DNA of 24,749 bases, from assembly GCA_043750125.1 (NCBI GenBank), contig JAYVCD010000426.1, positions 1 through 24,749 of the forward strand, in the 5' to 3' direction. The position numbers and the translations under genes were made by a program. Below are positions 1 to 11,281 of this stretch, one piece after another. How positions within the stretch are numbered: the stretch's first letter is position 1; the number at the start of each line of letters is the position of its first letter. The notes under the pieces were generated by a model. The model ran no database searches. It was not told where the DNA came from and saw nothing but the letters and a program-made list of their open reading frames with translations. Source of the stretch: Archangiaceae bacterium. Its GTDB lineage: Bacteria > Myxococcota > Myxococcia > Myxococcales > Myxococcaceae.

Positions 1-548
1 ACGTCTGCGCCGACCCCGATCGCCTCGCCGTTCACCTCAAAGACTTCGAGGCCCTGGTCGCCTTTGCCAGGGCCGAAGGAATCACGCTGGTGGTGATGAC
101 CTCGCCCTCGCACGTCCGCAGCCTACAGCTGCTGCGCGAAACGGGGCTCTGGCCCGAAGTCGAACGCTTCAAGTCAGCGGTGGCCAAAATCAGCCACGAC
201 GCAGGCTTCGCCTTCTGGGAATTCGGAATCGCCGATGCGCGCACCACCGCCGAGGAAGTGCCCCCGCTGGGCGACAAGGCCGCGCGCATGCGCTGGTACT
301 GGGAATCTTCCCACTTCAAGAAGGAGCTCGGGGACGTTGCGTTGGCGCGCGTCCTGGGTCGGCCCATGCCCGAAAGCCTGGTCGACTGGGGAACGGTGGT
401 CGCGCCGGATTCTCTGGACGCAGTGCTCGCGAAAGTCTCCGATGGGCTTTCGGCGTGGGCCACCGCCCACCCCACCGACGTAGAGGAGATTCGAAAAGTG
501 GTCACCGAAGCACGCGCCGCCCAGGTCTGTCGCAGGCGGCAGCCGTGA
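1..548 (+). CDS. Partial (5'-truncated) hypothetical protein, SGNH/DltD-like family of the kind usually found beside MBOAT/AlgI acyltransferase genes
   Basis: Frame 3 is open from base 3 to TGA 546-548 (VCADPDRLAVHLKDFEALVAFARAEGITLVVMTSPSH...FWEFG...MRWYWESSHFKKELGD). The final (D/E)xxH motif with an aromatic residue before it and the 'vv..P.h' strand resemble SGNH-like envelope-acylation proteins. Family call is by recognition only. Confidence 0.6.
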   Translation, partial: VCADPDRLAVHLKDFEALVAFARAEGITLVVMTSPSHVRSLQLLRETGLWPEVERFKSAVAKISHDAGFAFWEFGIADARTTAEEVPPLGDKAARMRWYWESSHFKKELGDVALARVLGRPMPESLVDWGTVVAPDSLDAVLAKVSDGLSAWATAHPTDVEEIRKVVTEARAAQVCRRRQP

Positions 549-1783
549 TCGAGGTCCGCGCCCACTCGAGCCTCGCCGAGCTGGATCCCCACCAGATGGA
601 CGCGCTCAACCGCGCGTCTCGCAACGCTTCTCCTTTCGCTTCGCCCTATTGGCTCGGCCAGTTCGTCAAACACGATCGCGACCATCAGGCCCAGTCGCCG
701 CAGGTGATGATCCTCGCCGCGTACGAGGGATCCAGGCTCACCGGCTATCTGCCCCTCAAGGCCACGGTCGATGGCAACGGCCGCAAGATCAGCTGCCTGA
801 TCACGCTCGAAGTCGAACGACCCCAGGTCGTCGCCCAACCCCAGGACGAGGCGCCCGTCGCCCAGGCGTTCTTCCGGTACCTCGTTCACCGGCGCCAGGA
901 ATGGGACCTGCTCGAGCTCTCGCAGCAAGAACCCAAATCCGCGCTGTACGCCGGCCCCGACTTTCCGGCCAAACGTCATTGGCTGCGGCGGCTTCCCGAT
1001 CGCCAGAACAACGTGATGCCGGTTCGGTTCGCGAATGCGAAGGCCTACGTCGCCGCCCTGCACAAGAAGATGCGGTACAACCTGAAAACGCAGGTCGCCG
1101 AGCTGCTCGCCGTACCCGGGATGACGGCGTTGGTCGCAAGCCAGTCCACCGCCCGCGCACCCCTCTACGAGCTGTTCCTCGAGATTGAGAGCCGCAGCTG
1201 GAAGGCCCGCGGAGCCGCAGGCGTCGGCTCGCGCGAGCAGACCTACCGCGCGGTGCTCAGTGACCCCACGTCACCGATCGCATCCTTCGTCGCCGTGCTG
1301 TTCCTCGACGGGTTGCCGATCGCCGGCTCGATCTGGAGCACCTACGGGGCCAATTGCTACTACCTGCAGTCGGTTTACGCCGAATCGCACGAGACGCTGG
1401 TGCCTGGCACCCTGATGACCTGGCTGCCGATTCAGTCTGCGCTGACGATGAAGTGCGCCGAATTCAACTTCTTGCCCGACTTCAGCTACTACAAGTCCCG
1501 CTGGCTGGCCGCGACGATCGAGACCGAGATGCTGCAGCTGTTTCGGGTCGGCAGCCGGTACCACCTCAAGGCCGCCCTCGGAGACTTTCGCCGGAAGATC
1601 ATGCAGGGCCATGAAGCGAAGAAGATCGAGGCCAACCCGTGGAAGCTCGCCGCGGGCAAAGCGGTGGGAGTTGCCGCCCCGATCGACCGCCCTCGACTCG
1701 AGGCCCTCGTCGCTTCCGCTCGCGCCGCCGGTGCCACCGAGCTCGATCTCTCCGGCCTCAAAGCGCTCAGCAATTTTTCGTGA
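545..1783 (+). CDS. GNAT family N-acetyltransferase, CelD/BcsL-like (Acetyltransf_6)
   Basis: GTG 545 overlaps the upstream TGA (GTGA). Motifs include SPFASPYWL, WDLLEL, ESRSWK, LFLDGLPIA, Y..LVPGTLM and YYKSRW, typical of this GNAT group. Confidence 0.8.
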   Translation: MIEVRAHSSLAELDPHQMDALNRASRNASPFASPYWLGQFVKHDRDHQAQSPQVMILAAYEGSRLTGYLPLKATVDGNGRKISCLITLEVERPQVVAQPQDEAPVAQAFFRYLVHRRQEWDLLELSQQEPKSALYAGPDFPAKRHWLRRLPDRQNNVMPVRFANAKAYVAALHKKMRYNLKTQVAELLAVPGMTALVASQSTARAPLYELFLEIESRSWKARGAAGVGSREQTYRAVLSDPTSPIASFVAVLFLDGLPIAGSIWSTYGANCYYLQSVYAESHETLVPGTLMTWLPIQSALTMKCAEFNFLPDFSYYKSRWLAATIETEMLQLFRVGSRYHLKAALGDFRRKIMQGHEAKKIEANPWKLAAGKAVGVAAPIDRPRLEALVASARAAGATELDLSGLKALSNFS

Positions 1784-2685
1784 CCCCCGACGATCTGCAG
1801 GTCAGTCACCACTTCGTCCAGTTGGGCGATCTGCGCATGCACTACGTCGAGCGAGGCGCTGGCCCGCTGGTGGTGCTGCTGCACGGGTTCCCCGAGAGCT
1901 GGTGGTCCTGGCGGCACATCATTCCCCGGCTGGCCGATGCCGGCTTTCGGGTGATTGCTCCTGACCTGCGCGGGTACGCCGAGACCGACAAGCACGGACC
2001 TTATGATCTCGACACCGTCACCCACGATGTCTGCCGGTTGATCGAGTCGCTTGGTGATGGCCCCCGCGCCCACATCATCGGGCACGACTGGGGTGGGGCG
2101 CTCGCCTGGCACCTGGCGTCCACCCGTTCCTCCCATTGCCGATCGTTGGCGGTGCTCAACTGCCCCCACCCCGCGGCGATCGCGCAGGTCGCGCTGACCC
2201 ACTTTCGCCAGCTCAAGCGCAGTTGGTACATCTTCTTTTTCCAGGTCCCGGGCCTGCCCGAGCTGTGGCTCACCCGCAACGACGCCGCAGAGATCGTCCG
2301 GGTGCTGCGGGGCAACGCGATCGACAAGACCAACTTTTCCGAAGAAGAGCTGCGCCCCCTGCGCGACGCGATTCAAAAGCCAGGAGCTGCCCACGCGATG
2401 CTCGGCTGGTACCGCGCTGCGTTTGGGGGGATCGTCAAAAGGCGCGGCAAGCCCGTCGAGTACCCGATCATCCGTGCCCCTTCTCTGTTGATCTGGGGCC
2501 TCGAAGATCGCGCACTCGGGTTCGAAGATCTCGTCCCCCCGACCCAAAAGTACGTCGAAGCCCTGAGGGTCGAGCCCATTGCAAACTGCGGTCACTTCGT
2601 GCACGCCGAACAGCCCGACCGGGTCGGCGCGCTGCTGATCGACTTTCTCCAGGCTCGAACGGCTGAAGAACAAGCCCGTCGCTAA
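1780..2685 (+). CDS. Alpha/beta hydrolase, epoxide hydrolase/haloacetate dehalogenase type
   Basis: GTG 1780 overlaps the upstream TGA (GTGA). HGFPE oxyanion motif, APDLRGY, GHDWGG (Asp nucleophile), cap tyrosines in SWYIF and GWYRA, WGLED and CGHFVH. Confidence 0.9.
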   Translation: MTPDDLQVSHHFVQLGDLRMHYVERGAGPLVVLLHGFPESWWSWRHIIPRLADAGFRVIAPDLRGYAETDKHGPYDLDTVTHDVCRLIESLGDGPRAHIIGHDWGGALAWHLASTRSSHCRSLAVLNCPHPAAIAQVALTHFRQLKRSWYIFFFQVPGLPELWLTRNDAAEIVRVLRGNAIDKTNFSEEELRPLRDAIQKPGAAHAMLGWYRAAFGGIVKRRGKPVEYPIIRAPSLLIWGLEDRALGFEDLVPPTQKYVEALRVEPIANCGHFVHAEQPDRVGALLIDFLQARTAEEQARR

Positions 2686-3146
2686 CGGGCGCCCAGCCAG
2701 TCTTCGAGCAGCCTCAGGTGACGCGCGCCTCGTCCCATTCCCTTGATTCGCCGAGTGCCCTCGTCGAGCACTTCGAGCTCCACCCGAAGAGAGTCTGCAG
2801 GCAGCGCCGATGGCACGCGATCGATCCACTCGACCAGAATCGCTCCTTCCAGATCGTAGAAGCCGGTGCCGAACAGCTCGTCTTCCCCTCGCAGCCGGTA
2901 GAAGTCCGAGTGATGAAGCGTCACGTTCTTCCCCTCGTAGGACTGCACGATCGAGAACGTCGGGCTCGAGACATGTTCCGGGTTCACCCCGGCGCCTTCG
3001 GCCACTCCGCGCGCCAGCTGGGTCTTGCCCGCTCCCAGCTCGCCTGCCAACGCGACGAAGTCCCCGGTCTGAAGCAGCGCTCCGAGCTTCAGCCCGAGCG
3101 CGCGGGTCTCTTCCGCCGACCGGGTGATGACCTCTAGCGGCCCCAC
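2682..3146 (-). CDS. tsaE: tRNA threonylcarbamoyladenosine biosynthesis ATPase TsaE
   Basis: GELGAGKT P-loop, VSSPTF, H.DFYRL and LVEW motifs; 154 aa; follows nnr as commonly seen. Confidence 0.95.
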   Translation of the reverse strand: MGPLEVITRSAEETRALGLKLGALLQTGDFVALAGELGAGKTQLARGVAEGAGVNPEHVSSPTFSIVQSYEGKNVTLHHSDFYRLRGEDELFGTGFYDLEGAILVEWIDRVPSALPADSLRVELEVLDEGTRRIKGMGRGARHLRLLEDWLGAR

Positions 3147-4663
3147 CGCACCCAGACCTCGCCCAGCCCATCGAGAAGATCAGACGCCATCAGCCCCATC
3201 TTTCCGCGGCGCGCGAGCACCAGGTCGCCCGCCAGACCATGCGCGTAGCAGCCGGTGACCGCGGCATCTTCAGGGGACAGCCCCTGAGCCAACAGCGCTC
3301 CGCACACCCCGGCCAGCACATCGCCCGTGCCTGCCGTCGCCATCCCCGCGTTGCCGGTCGGGTTGATGAAGACCGTGCCGTCCTCGCGTGCGATCAGCGT
3401 TCGGGCTCCCTTGAGCGCCACCACGACTTGCGAGCTCAAGGCCACCTCGCGCACCACTCCGATTCGATCTTTCTGTACCGCTTCGATGCTCTTGCCCGTC
3501 AGCCGCGCCATTTCTCCCGGGTGCGGAGTCAGCAACAGATCTCCCTTCGCCCGCTTCAGCAGCTCGAGGTTTCCAGCCAACGCGTTGAGCCCGTCGGCAT
3601 CGAGCACACAGGGAATGCTCAGCTCTTCGAGCAGCGCACCAATCAACTTCGCCGTATCTGGCCCCCGGTCGATGCCCGGCCCGAAGATCACCGCATCCTT
3701 CCCGTCGGCCGCGTCCAGCAGACCGTTCAAATCGCCGAGCCCCAGCGGGCCGTCGCTCACCAGCTCGACCCCCATCAATTCCGGGCCATGCGCCATCACC
3801 GGCACCAACGACTCGGGCCGGGTCGCCACCGTCACCAGCCCTGCCCCCGCCCGCAGCGCCGCCAGCCCGGCCAAAGCCGCCGCCCCCGTTCTCCCCCAAC
3901 TTCCCGCGATCACCAGCACGTGACCGTAGGTGCCCTTGTGGGTGTCGGGTCGACGGACCGGCAGCCGGCTCTTGACGTCGTTCTCTTCCAGCAGGTAGGT
4001 CGCCGGTTCCTTCAGCACCCAGTGCGCAGCGCGCGGAATGCCGATGTCGATCACGTCGATAAGGCCGCACAGCGTCGCGCCTGGCTCGAGCGCCTGCCCG
4101 ACTTTCAAGAACCCGAACGAGAGCGTCACGTCCGCGGTCACCGACGGGGTCATCGCCGTACCCAGATCGCTGTGCAGCCCCGACGGGACATCGGCCGCCA
4201 CCACCTTCGCGCCGGCCGCACGCCAGGACGAGATCCGCCCGATCGCATCGGCGTACTTCGAATCGGGAGGACGCGAGAGGCCGGTACCCAGCAACGCGTC
4301 GATCACCACGTCGCCCGGCCCGACCGGAACGTCGTCTCCGATCTTACCGACCGTCGTTCCGCTCGCCTTGAGCGCCTTCGCGTTGCGATGCGGCTCACCT
4401 TCCAGCGCATCCACCACGCCCATCAGCTCGACGTTGACGGTTCGGCCCGCGGACACCAGCTTTCGCGCCGCCACCAGCCCATCGCCTCCGTTGTTTCCAA
4501 GCCCACACAACACGACGAACCGCCCTTGCGGCCCCGCCAGCTCGAGCGCCGCCGCGGCCAACGCCGCCCCCGCGTTTTCCATCAGGATCGAGGCCGGCAT
4601 TCCGTGCTCGGCCGATGCCGCGTCGATTTCCCTCATCTGACCGGCAGTCAGAGCGCGCTTCAT
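3134..4663 (-). CDS. nnr: Bifunctional NAD(P)H-hydrate epimerase/dehydratase (NnrE-NnrD fusion)
   Basis: YjeF_N motifs LMENAG, GNNGGDG, DALLGTG and DVPSG; C-domain motifs HKGTYG, GAGLV, DADGLN, TPHPGE and [11 protein letters not shown]. Confidence 0.95.
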   Translation of the reverse strand: MKRALTAGQMREIDAASAEHGMPASILMENAGAALAAAALELAGPQGRFVVLCGLGNNGGDGLVAARKLVSAGRTVNVELMGVVDALEGEPHRNAKALKASGTTVGKIGDDVPVGPGDVVIDALLGTGLSRPPDSKYADAIGRISSWRAAGAKVVAADVPSGLHSDLGTAMTPSVTADVTLSFGFLKVGQALEPGATLCGLIDVIDIGIPRAAHWVLKEPATYLLEENDVKSRLPVRRPDTHKGTYGHVLVIAGSWGRTGAAALAGLAALRAGAGLVTVATRPESLVPVMAHGPELMGVELVSDGPLGLGDLNGLLDAADGKDAVIFGPGIDRGPDTAKLIGALLEELSIPCVLDADGLNALAGNLELLKRAKGDLLLTPHPGEMARLTGKSIEAVQKDRIGVVREVALSSQVVVALKGARTLIAREDGTVFINPTGNAGMATAGTGDVLAGVCGALLAQGLSPEDAAVTGCYAHGLAGDLVLARRGKMGLMASDLLDGLGEVWVRWGR

Positions 4664-5379
4664 GGATTTCGCAGCAGCTCGACCATCTCACGCACTGCCC
4701 GATCGAAGCCCACCAGCACCGCCCGCGCGACAATCGCGTGCCCGATGTTGAGCTCGTCAATCTCGGGGATTGCAGCCACCGCCCTCACGTTGTCGTAGTT
4801 CAGCCCATGCCCCGCCGCGCAGCCCATGCCCAGGCGGGTCGCGGCCTTCGCCACGTCGATGATCCGACCCAGCTCGCGCTGCCGTTCCTTCTCGTTGTGG
4901 GCCTCGCAATACCGGCCGGTGTGAAGCTCCACCCGATCGGCGCTGACCTTGTGCGACGCCTTCACCTGGTCCAGGTCCGGGTCGATGAAGAGCGAGACGG
5001 TGATTTCTCCGTCCTTCAGGGTCTTCACCACCCGGGCAATCGCCTCACGCTGGGCGTTCACATCGAGCCCGCCCTCGGTCGTCAGCTCTTCGCGCCGCTC
5101 GGGCACGAGGGTGACGATGTCCGGCTTGTACTCGTAGGCCACCTTCACCATTTCGGCAGTGGCGGCCATCTCGAGGTTGAGCAGGCTCTGGCACGTCTCG
5201 CGAAGGATCTTCAGATCCCTCTCTTGAATGTGCCGGCGATCCTCTCGCAGGTGAATGGTGATCTGCCCTGCTCCCGCGAGCTCAGCAAGCGCGGCAGCAG
5301 TGACGGGATCTGGGTAACCCACCTTCCGCGCCTGGCGCAGGGTGGCGACGTGATCGACGTTGACTCCGAGGCGTGTCAT
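4660..5379 (-). CDS. pdxJ: Pyridoxine 5'-phosphate synthase
   Basis: [54 protein letters not shown] and ELNIGH. The ATG at 5379 overlaps the upstream stop; the ORF-track extension to 5673 is not supported. Confidence 0.97.
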   Translation of the reverse strand: MTRLGVNVDHVATLRQARKVGYPDPVTAAALAELAGAGQITIHLREDRRHIQERDLKILRETCQSLLNLEMAATAEMVKVAYEYKPDIVTLVPERREELTTEGGLDVNAQREAIARVVKTLKDGEITVSLFIDPDLDQVKASHKVSADRVELHTGRYCEAHNEKERQRELGRIIDVAKAATRLGMGCAAGHGLNYDNVRAVAAIPEIDELNIGHAIVARAVLVGFDRAVREMVELLRNP

Positions 5380-6203
5380 GCCCCTTCGTCTATATCTCGC
5401 CTCCCGCGGTCTTTCGCCTTTCTGGCCGCCGAAGTGCCCCGAATCGCCTCGAGCACCGCCTCGGGGCTCTCTTCCGGCACGCAATGCCCCACCCCGTGCA
5501 GCACCGTGAAGCCGGCATCGATCGCCACCGCCAGCCGTTCCCCGTCGATCAAGGAAACCAGCTTGTCCCGATCGCCCCAGAGCACTTCGACCGGAATCTT
5601 CGAGCCGAGCATCGCCGCCGAGGGCAGCTTGTAGGCCGCCACGCTTCGGGTCGCCTCGAGCATCCCCACCCACGAACCGGGGTTCTGCAGCGATTGAAAA
5701 TACCCTTCGATGTGCCGATCAGTGAGCTTGCGCGGCTCCCCGAACAGCCATTGCATGTAGCTGCGCACCAGCGGCTTCCAGAGGGGAAGGCGGGCGATCA
5801 TCGCCGCCCCTTCGTGCGCGCCAGGCAGGTGCAACAACTGCTTCGCCTGGGGGTGCAGTCCCAGCGCCGGAGCACTGGCGATCACCAACCGCTGGACCCA
5901 CTTCGGGAACCCGACCGCCAGCTCGAGCCCCACCAGCCCCCCAAACGAATGACCGAAGACGGTCACCTGCTCGAGCCCTTTGCTCTGCAGCCACGGCTTG
6001 AGCCTGGCCGCAATTCGCACCGGGTTCATCTGGGCCCAGCCCAACGATTTCCCCGAGTGAGGAAGGTCCAACGAGAGGAACCGGAATTCTTTGCGACCCA
6101 GCGAGATCACCTCGTCAAACACGTGCGTCGAGGCCATCAGTCCGTGCAACAGCAGCACCGGAGGGCCCTTTCCCTGATCTTGAAAATGGGGCTCAGTCGC
6201 CAA
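5376..6203 (-). CDS. Alpha/beta fold hydrolase (Ser-Asp-His triad)
   Basis: Probable TTG start at 6203 with GAGGAG upstream. Motifs [28 protein letters not shown] and [11 protein letters not shown]. Confidence 0.85.
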   Translation of the reverse strand: MATEPHFQDQGKGPPVLLLHGLMASTHVFDEVISLGRKEFRFLSLDLPHSGKSLGWAQMNPVRIAARLKPWLQSKGLEQVTVFGHSFGGLVGLELAVGFPKWVQRLVIASAPALGLHPQAKQLLHLPGAHEGAAMIARLPLWKPLVRSYMQWLFGEPRKLTDRHIEGYFQSLQNPGSWVGMLEATRSVAAYKLPSAAMLGSKIPVEVLWGDRDKLVSLIDGERLAVAIDAGFTVLHGVGHCVPEESPEAVLEAIRGTSAARKAKDRGRRDIDEGA

Positions 6204-6480
6204 AATAGAAGTCGAACTCCTCTTGCCACTGCTCCACGTCGCGCCCGGTCTCGGCCAGCAGGCGCGTCTTGAGCTGTTGCACCTCTTCCAGCGAGAGCAA
6301 GTCGCCGAGGTCTTCGGGCAAGTCGCCCGCCAGCGAGAAGTCACCCATCTTCGCCACGCTCTTCACCAACTCTCCAAACAGGTGATCGCGCAGCGGCTCA
6401 GACTGATGCCAGGCGCCCGGAAGATCGTCGGCCTCGATTTCACCGGCGTCCCAGGCCTTCACCCACTTGTCAGAGGTCAA
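6193..6480 (-). CDS. Small acidic hypothetical protein (about 95 aa)
   Basis: Fills the gap between glmM and the hydrolase exactly and has GC-biased codons. TTG 6480 is preceded by GAGGTGA; GTG 6489 is an alternative start. Confidence 0.7.
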   Translation of the reverse strand: MTSDKWVKAWDAGEIEADDLPGAWHQSEPLRDHLFGELVKSVAKMGDFSLAGDLPEDLGDLLSLEEVQQLKTRLLAETGRDVEQWQEEFDFYFGD

Positions 6481-6490
6481 GAGGCTCACC

Positions 6491-7876
6491 TCAAAGCGCC
6501 AGCGCCCGTTTGAGGGCATCGCCAATTTCTTCAGCCCAGGCCTGATTCTTCTGGGCGTTGGGGCCTTCGATCAGCACCCGCGCTTTGGCTTCCGTACCCG
6601 AGAACCGCACCAATACCCGTCCTTCGGCGCCCAGCTTCCCTTCCACCGACTTGATTGCCTTCAGCACCGTCGGCAAATCGGCCAGGTTCCGCCGCGATTT
6701 TACTTCGACGTTCAGCAGCGTCTGGGGAACGGGCTCGAAAATCTTCTTCAACTCGCTCATCGGCTTGCCCTGACGGCACATCACCGTCAGCACCTGCAGC
6801 GCGGCCAGGGTGCCATCGCCGGTGGTCGACTGGTCGAGAAAGATCAGGTGGCCCGACTGCTCGCCGCCAAAGTTGTAGCCATTCTTCCGCATCTCTTCGA
6901 CCACGTAACGGTCGCCCACCTTGGTTCGCACCACTTCGACGCCCATCGCCTGCACGGCGCGCTCGAGGCCGACGTTGCTCATCACCGTCGTGACCAGGGT
7001 CTTCTTCTTCAGCTCTTTTCGCCGCACCAGCTCGCCAGCACAGATGGCCATGATCGCATCGCCGTCGACGACCTCGCCCTTCTCATCGACGATGACCAGG
7101 CGGTCGGCATCGCCGTCCACCGCGATTCCCAGGTTGGCGCCGTGCTTCAGCACCGCCTTCGCCATTCCGTCCGGGTGGGTCGCTCCACACTTGTGGTTGA
7201 TGTTCTTTCCGTCGGGCTCGACCCCCAGCTTGATCACCTTCGCCCCCAGCTCTTCGAGGACCTCGGGGACGACGCGATAGGCCGCTCCGTTGGCGCAGTC
7301 GGCGACCAGGGTCAGCCCTTCGAGCGTCAGCTCGCGCGGAAAGGTGTTCTTCAAGAAGACGATGTACCGCCCGCCGGCATCCTCGAGGCGCTTGGCGCCG
7401 CCGATCAGCTTGGCGGTGGGGCGCATGTGGTCCATCGTCCCATCGAAAATCAGGGTCTCGATCCGCGCTTCGGTCTCGTCCGGCAGCTTGAACCCGTCGC
7501 GCCAGAAGAATTTGATCCCGTTGTCCTGGTAGGGGTTGTGAGAGGCCGAGATCACCGCTCCCGCATCTGCCCGCATCGAGGTCGTGATGTTGGCGATCGC
7601 TGGCGTCGGCAAGGGCCCGACCAGGTCCACATCGACCCCCATCGACATGATTCCCGCCGCCAGCGCCTGCTCAAGCATGTAGCCCGACAGCCGGGTGTCC
7701 TTGCCGATGATCACCCGGTGGCGGTGCTTTCCGTTTCGAATGATGTACGCCAGCGCGCGGCCCAGCTGCATCGCCATCTCGACCGTCATCGGAAATACGT
7801 TGGCGACGCCACGGACGCCGTCCGTACCGAACAACTTTGCTGGGTGCGAGGCTGCCTTGTTCCCGTTCGACTTCAT
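6491..7876 (-). CDS. glmM: Phosphoglucosamine mutase
   Basis: [36 protein letters not shown] (phosphoserine loop), DGDADR, GGEQSGH and RFSGTE. Confidence 0.97.
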   Translation of the reverse strand: MKSNGNKAASHPAKLFGTDGVRGVANVFPMTVEMAMQLGRALAYIIRNGKHRHRVIIGKDTRLSGYMLEQALAAGIMSMGVDVDLVGPLPTPAIANITTSMRADAGAVISASHNPYQDNGIKFFWRDGFKLPDETEARIETLIFDGTMDHMRPTAKLIGGAKRLEDAGGRYIVFLKNTFPRELTLEGLTLVADCANGAAYRVVPEVLEELGAKVIKLGVEPDGKNINHKCGATHPDGMAKAVLKHGANLGIAVDGDADRLVIVDEKGEVVDGDAIMAICAGELVRRKELKKKTLVTTVMSNVGLERAVQAMGVEVVRTKVGDRYVVEEMRKNGYNFGGEQSGHLIFLDQSTTGDGTLAALQVLTVMCRQGKPMSELKKIFEPVPQTLLNVEVKSRRNLADLPTVLKAIKSVEGKLGAEGRVLVRFSGTEAKARVLIEGPNAQKNQAWAEEIGDALKRALAL

Positions 7877-7885
7877 GGCGCGGGC

Positions 7886-8728
7886 CTATAGCCCCAAGCG
7901 CACCCCATCGCCCACCGCTGCTGCGTCCTTTGCCTCAAAAACATCGTGAACGCGCACGATGTCTGCGCTCCCCGCGGCCGCAATGATCGCCACCGTCGCC
8001 GCGGTCGCCACCGCCCGCTCGGGGGCAGCCCGGCCCGTCAGCAGACCCAGAAAAGCCTTTCGCGAAGGGCCCACCAACACCGGGTACCCCAAACTGCGCA
8101 GCTCGGTCAGCCGCCGCAGCAAGGTGAGGTTGTGGTCCACCGTTTTTCCAAACCCGATTCCCGGGTCGATCACAATCCGCTCGGGCTTCACCCCCGCCGC
8201 CCGGGCCCTGCCGGCCGCCTCTTCAAGAAAGGCCTTCACCTCGGCCACCACGTCGCCGTAGCGGGGGTCGGTTTGCATCGTCCGCGGCATCCCCTGCATG
8301 TGCATCAGGCAGATCGCCGCCCCCGTCTGGGCCACCACCGCGGCCATCTCCGGGTCCCCCCGAAGACCGGTCACGTCGTTGATCATCGAAGCTCCAGCGT
8401 CCATCGCCGCCTGTGCCACCGCCGCCTTCGAGGTGTCGATCGACAGGGGTACTTCCGGACACTGGCGCGACAGCCCCTCGATGACGCCCACCACGCGCCG
8501 AAGCTCTTCGTCCTTCCCCACCTCGATTGCCCCAGGGCGGGTCGATTCGCCCCCCACATCGAGGATGTGCGCTCCCGCCCGGGCGAGAGCGACCCCATGC
8601 GCGATGGCCGCGGCCGGGTCGAAGAAATGGCCCCCATCACTGAAGCTGTCCGGAGTGACGTTGACCACGCCCATCAGCCAGGTGCGTTGGCCCAGCAGCA
8701 ACACGTGGCGACGAAGCTCGAGCAACAT
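7886..8728 (-). CDS. folP: Dihydropteroate synthase
   Basis: MGVVNVTPDSFSDGG, DVGGESTRPGA, DPGIGFGK, SRK and RVHDV. ATG 8728 chosen as start. Confidence 0.95.
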   Translation of the reverse strand: MLLELRRHVLLLGQRTWLMGVVNVTPDSFSDGGHFFDPAAAIAHGVALARAGAHILDVGGESTRPGAIEVGKDEELRRVVGVIEGLSRQCPEVPLSIDTSKAAVAQAAMDAGASMINDVTGLRGDPEMAAVVAQTGAAICLMHMQGMPRTMQTDPRYGDVVAEVKAFLEEAAGRARAAGVKPERIVIDPGIGFGKTVDHNLTLLRRLTELRSLGYPVLVGPSRKAFLGLLTGRAAPERAVATAATVAIIAAAGSADIVRVHDVFEAKDAAAVGDGVRLGL

Positions 8729-8807
8729 CGGCTGCTCATACCCAACCGATCCTTCGCTGCCTACCCCCTGGTGCGCCTCGCGAGGGCTCGAAACAAGCAT
8801 CAAGTTT

Positions 8808-8833
8808 TGTCGACCGACGCGGCAGTTCGCGTC
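8808..8833 (+). promoter_or_regulatory. Putative ECF41/ECF42-type promoter (TGTCGA-N16-CGTC) for the CMD pseudogene
   Basis: TGTCGA at 8808-8813, a 16-nt spacer and CGTC at 8830-8833, lying 33 nt before ATG 8867. This bipartite motif is known upstream of CMD-type ECF targets. Confidence 0.4.
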
Positions 8834-8866
8834 GCGAAAGTCCCATCGAAACCAGAGGCTAAGACC

Positions 8867-9190
8867 ATGAAGACAAACAAATAGCTGGTGGCCGTCGTGT
8901 TGATGCTCGGCGCATTGCCGCATTGGCGGACCAAAAACCCAACGCAAAAGCAGCCACCAATGACATCCAGAAGACCTTCGGCTCCGTCCCGGACTAACTG
9001 ACGTCCCTTCCCGAGGCAGCTCTACCGGGCACCTGGGAAGAGATGAAGGGTCTGCAGATTCCATGCGGGTACTGCAGGAGCCTTCACCCGCGAAATGAGC
9101 TCGCTGCTCAACGGGATGCAGGTCAACGAGCCGAAGTTCAAGGCGGACATCGCCCGCCTGACGCGGCCCCGGAAGGTTGCCGGTCGGTAG
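8867..9190 (+). pseudogene. Decayed secreted carboxymuconolactone decarboxylase (CMD)/AhpD-like protein
   Basis: AGAGG RBS, then MKTNK*LVAVVLMLGA (TAG 8882), a frameshift to AALADQKPNAKAATNDIQKTFGSVPD*LTSLPEAALPGTWEEMKGLQ-IPCGYC (TAA 8995), and a shift back to AFTREMSSLLNGMQVNEPKFKADIARL...TAG 9190. Confidence 0.75.
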
Positions 9191-9197
9191 CGCCTGC

Positions 9198-9242
9198 AAA
9201 TACAAAACGGGCCTCGCTGACCGCAAAGGTCGCGAGGCCCGT
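9198..9242 (-). terminator. Intrinsic terminator of ftsH
   Basis: Stem ACGGGCCTCGC(T)GACC / GGTCGCGAGGCCCGT at 9207-9242 with a GCAAA loop. On the minus strand it is followed by TTTTGTATTT, 20 nt after the ftsH stop. Confidence 0.85.
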
Positions 9243-9262
9243 CAGACATCGGTGTTCGCTCG

Positions 9263-11179
<1,917 letters not shown>

Positions 11180-11281
11180 GATTTGAAACCCCTTCGCGTA
11201 GCCCCGGATTCCCGAATCCTTCCGGACTATTGACGACTCACATCGACGGAACCACTTCGCAGACCGATTCTATAACGCATA

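Noticed and set aside
7877-7885. Absence of cdaA-cdaR between folP and glmM
   Set aside because: Direct folP-glmM adjacency is common in many bacteria and is not informative alone.
8729-9226. 165-aa N-terminal extension of FolP in the ORF track
   Set aside because: It is antisense to the CMD pseudogene and begins inside the ftsH terminator. DHPS homology starts near ATG 8728.
11204-11225. Hairpin in the ftsH leader as a possible RNA thermometer
   Set aside because: It is short and does not sequester the AAGGGG RBS, so there is not enough support.
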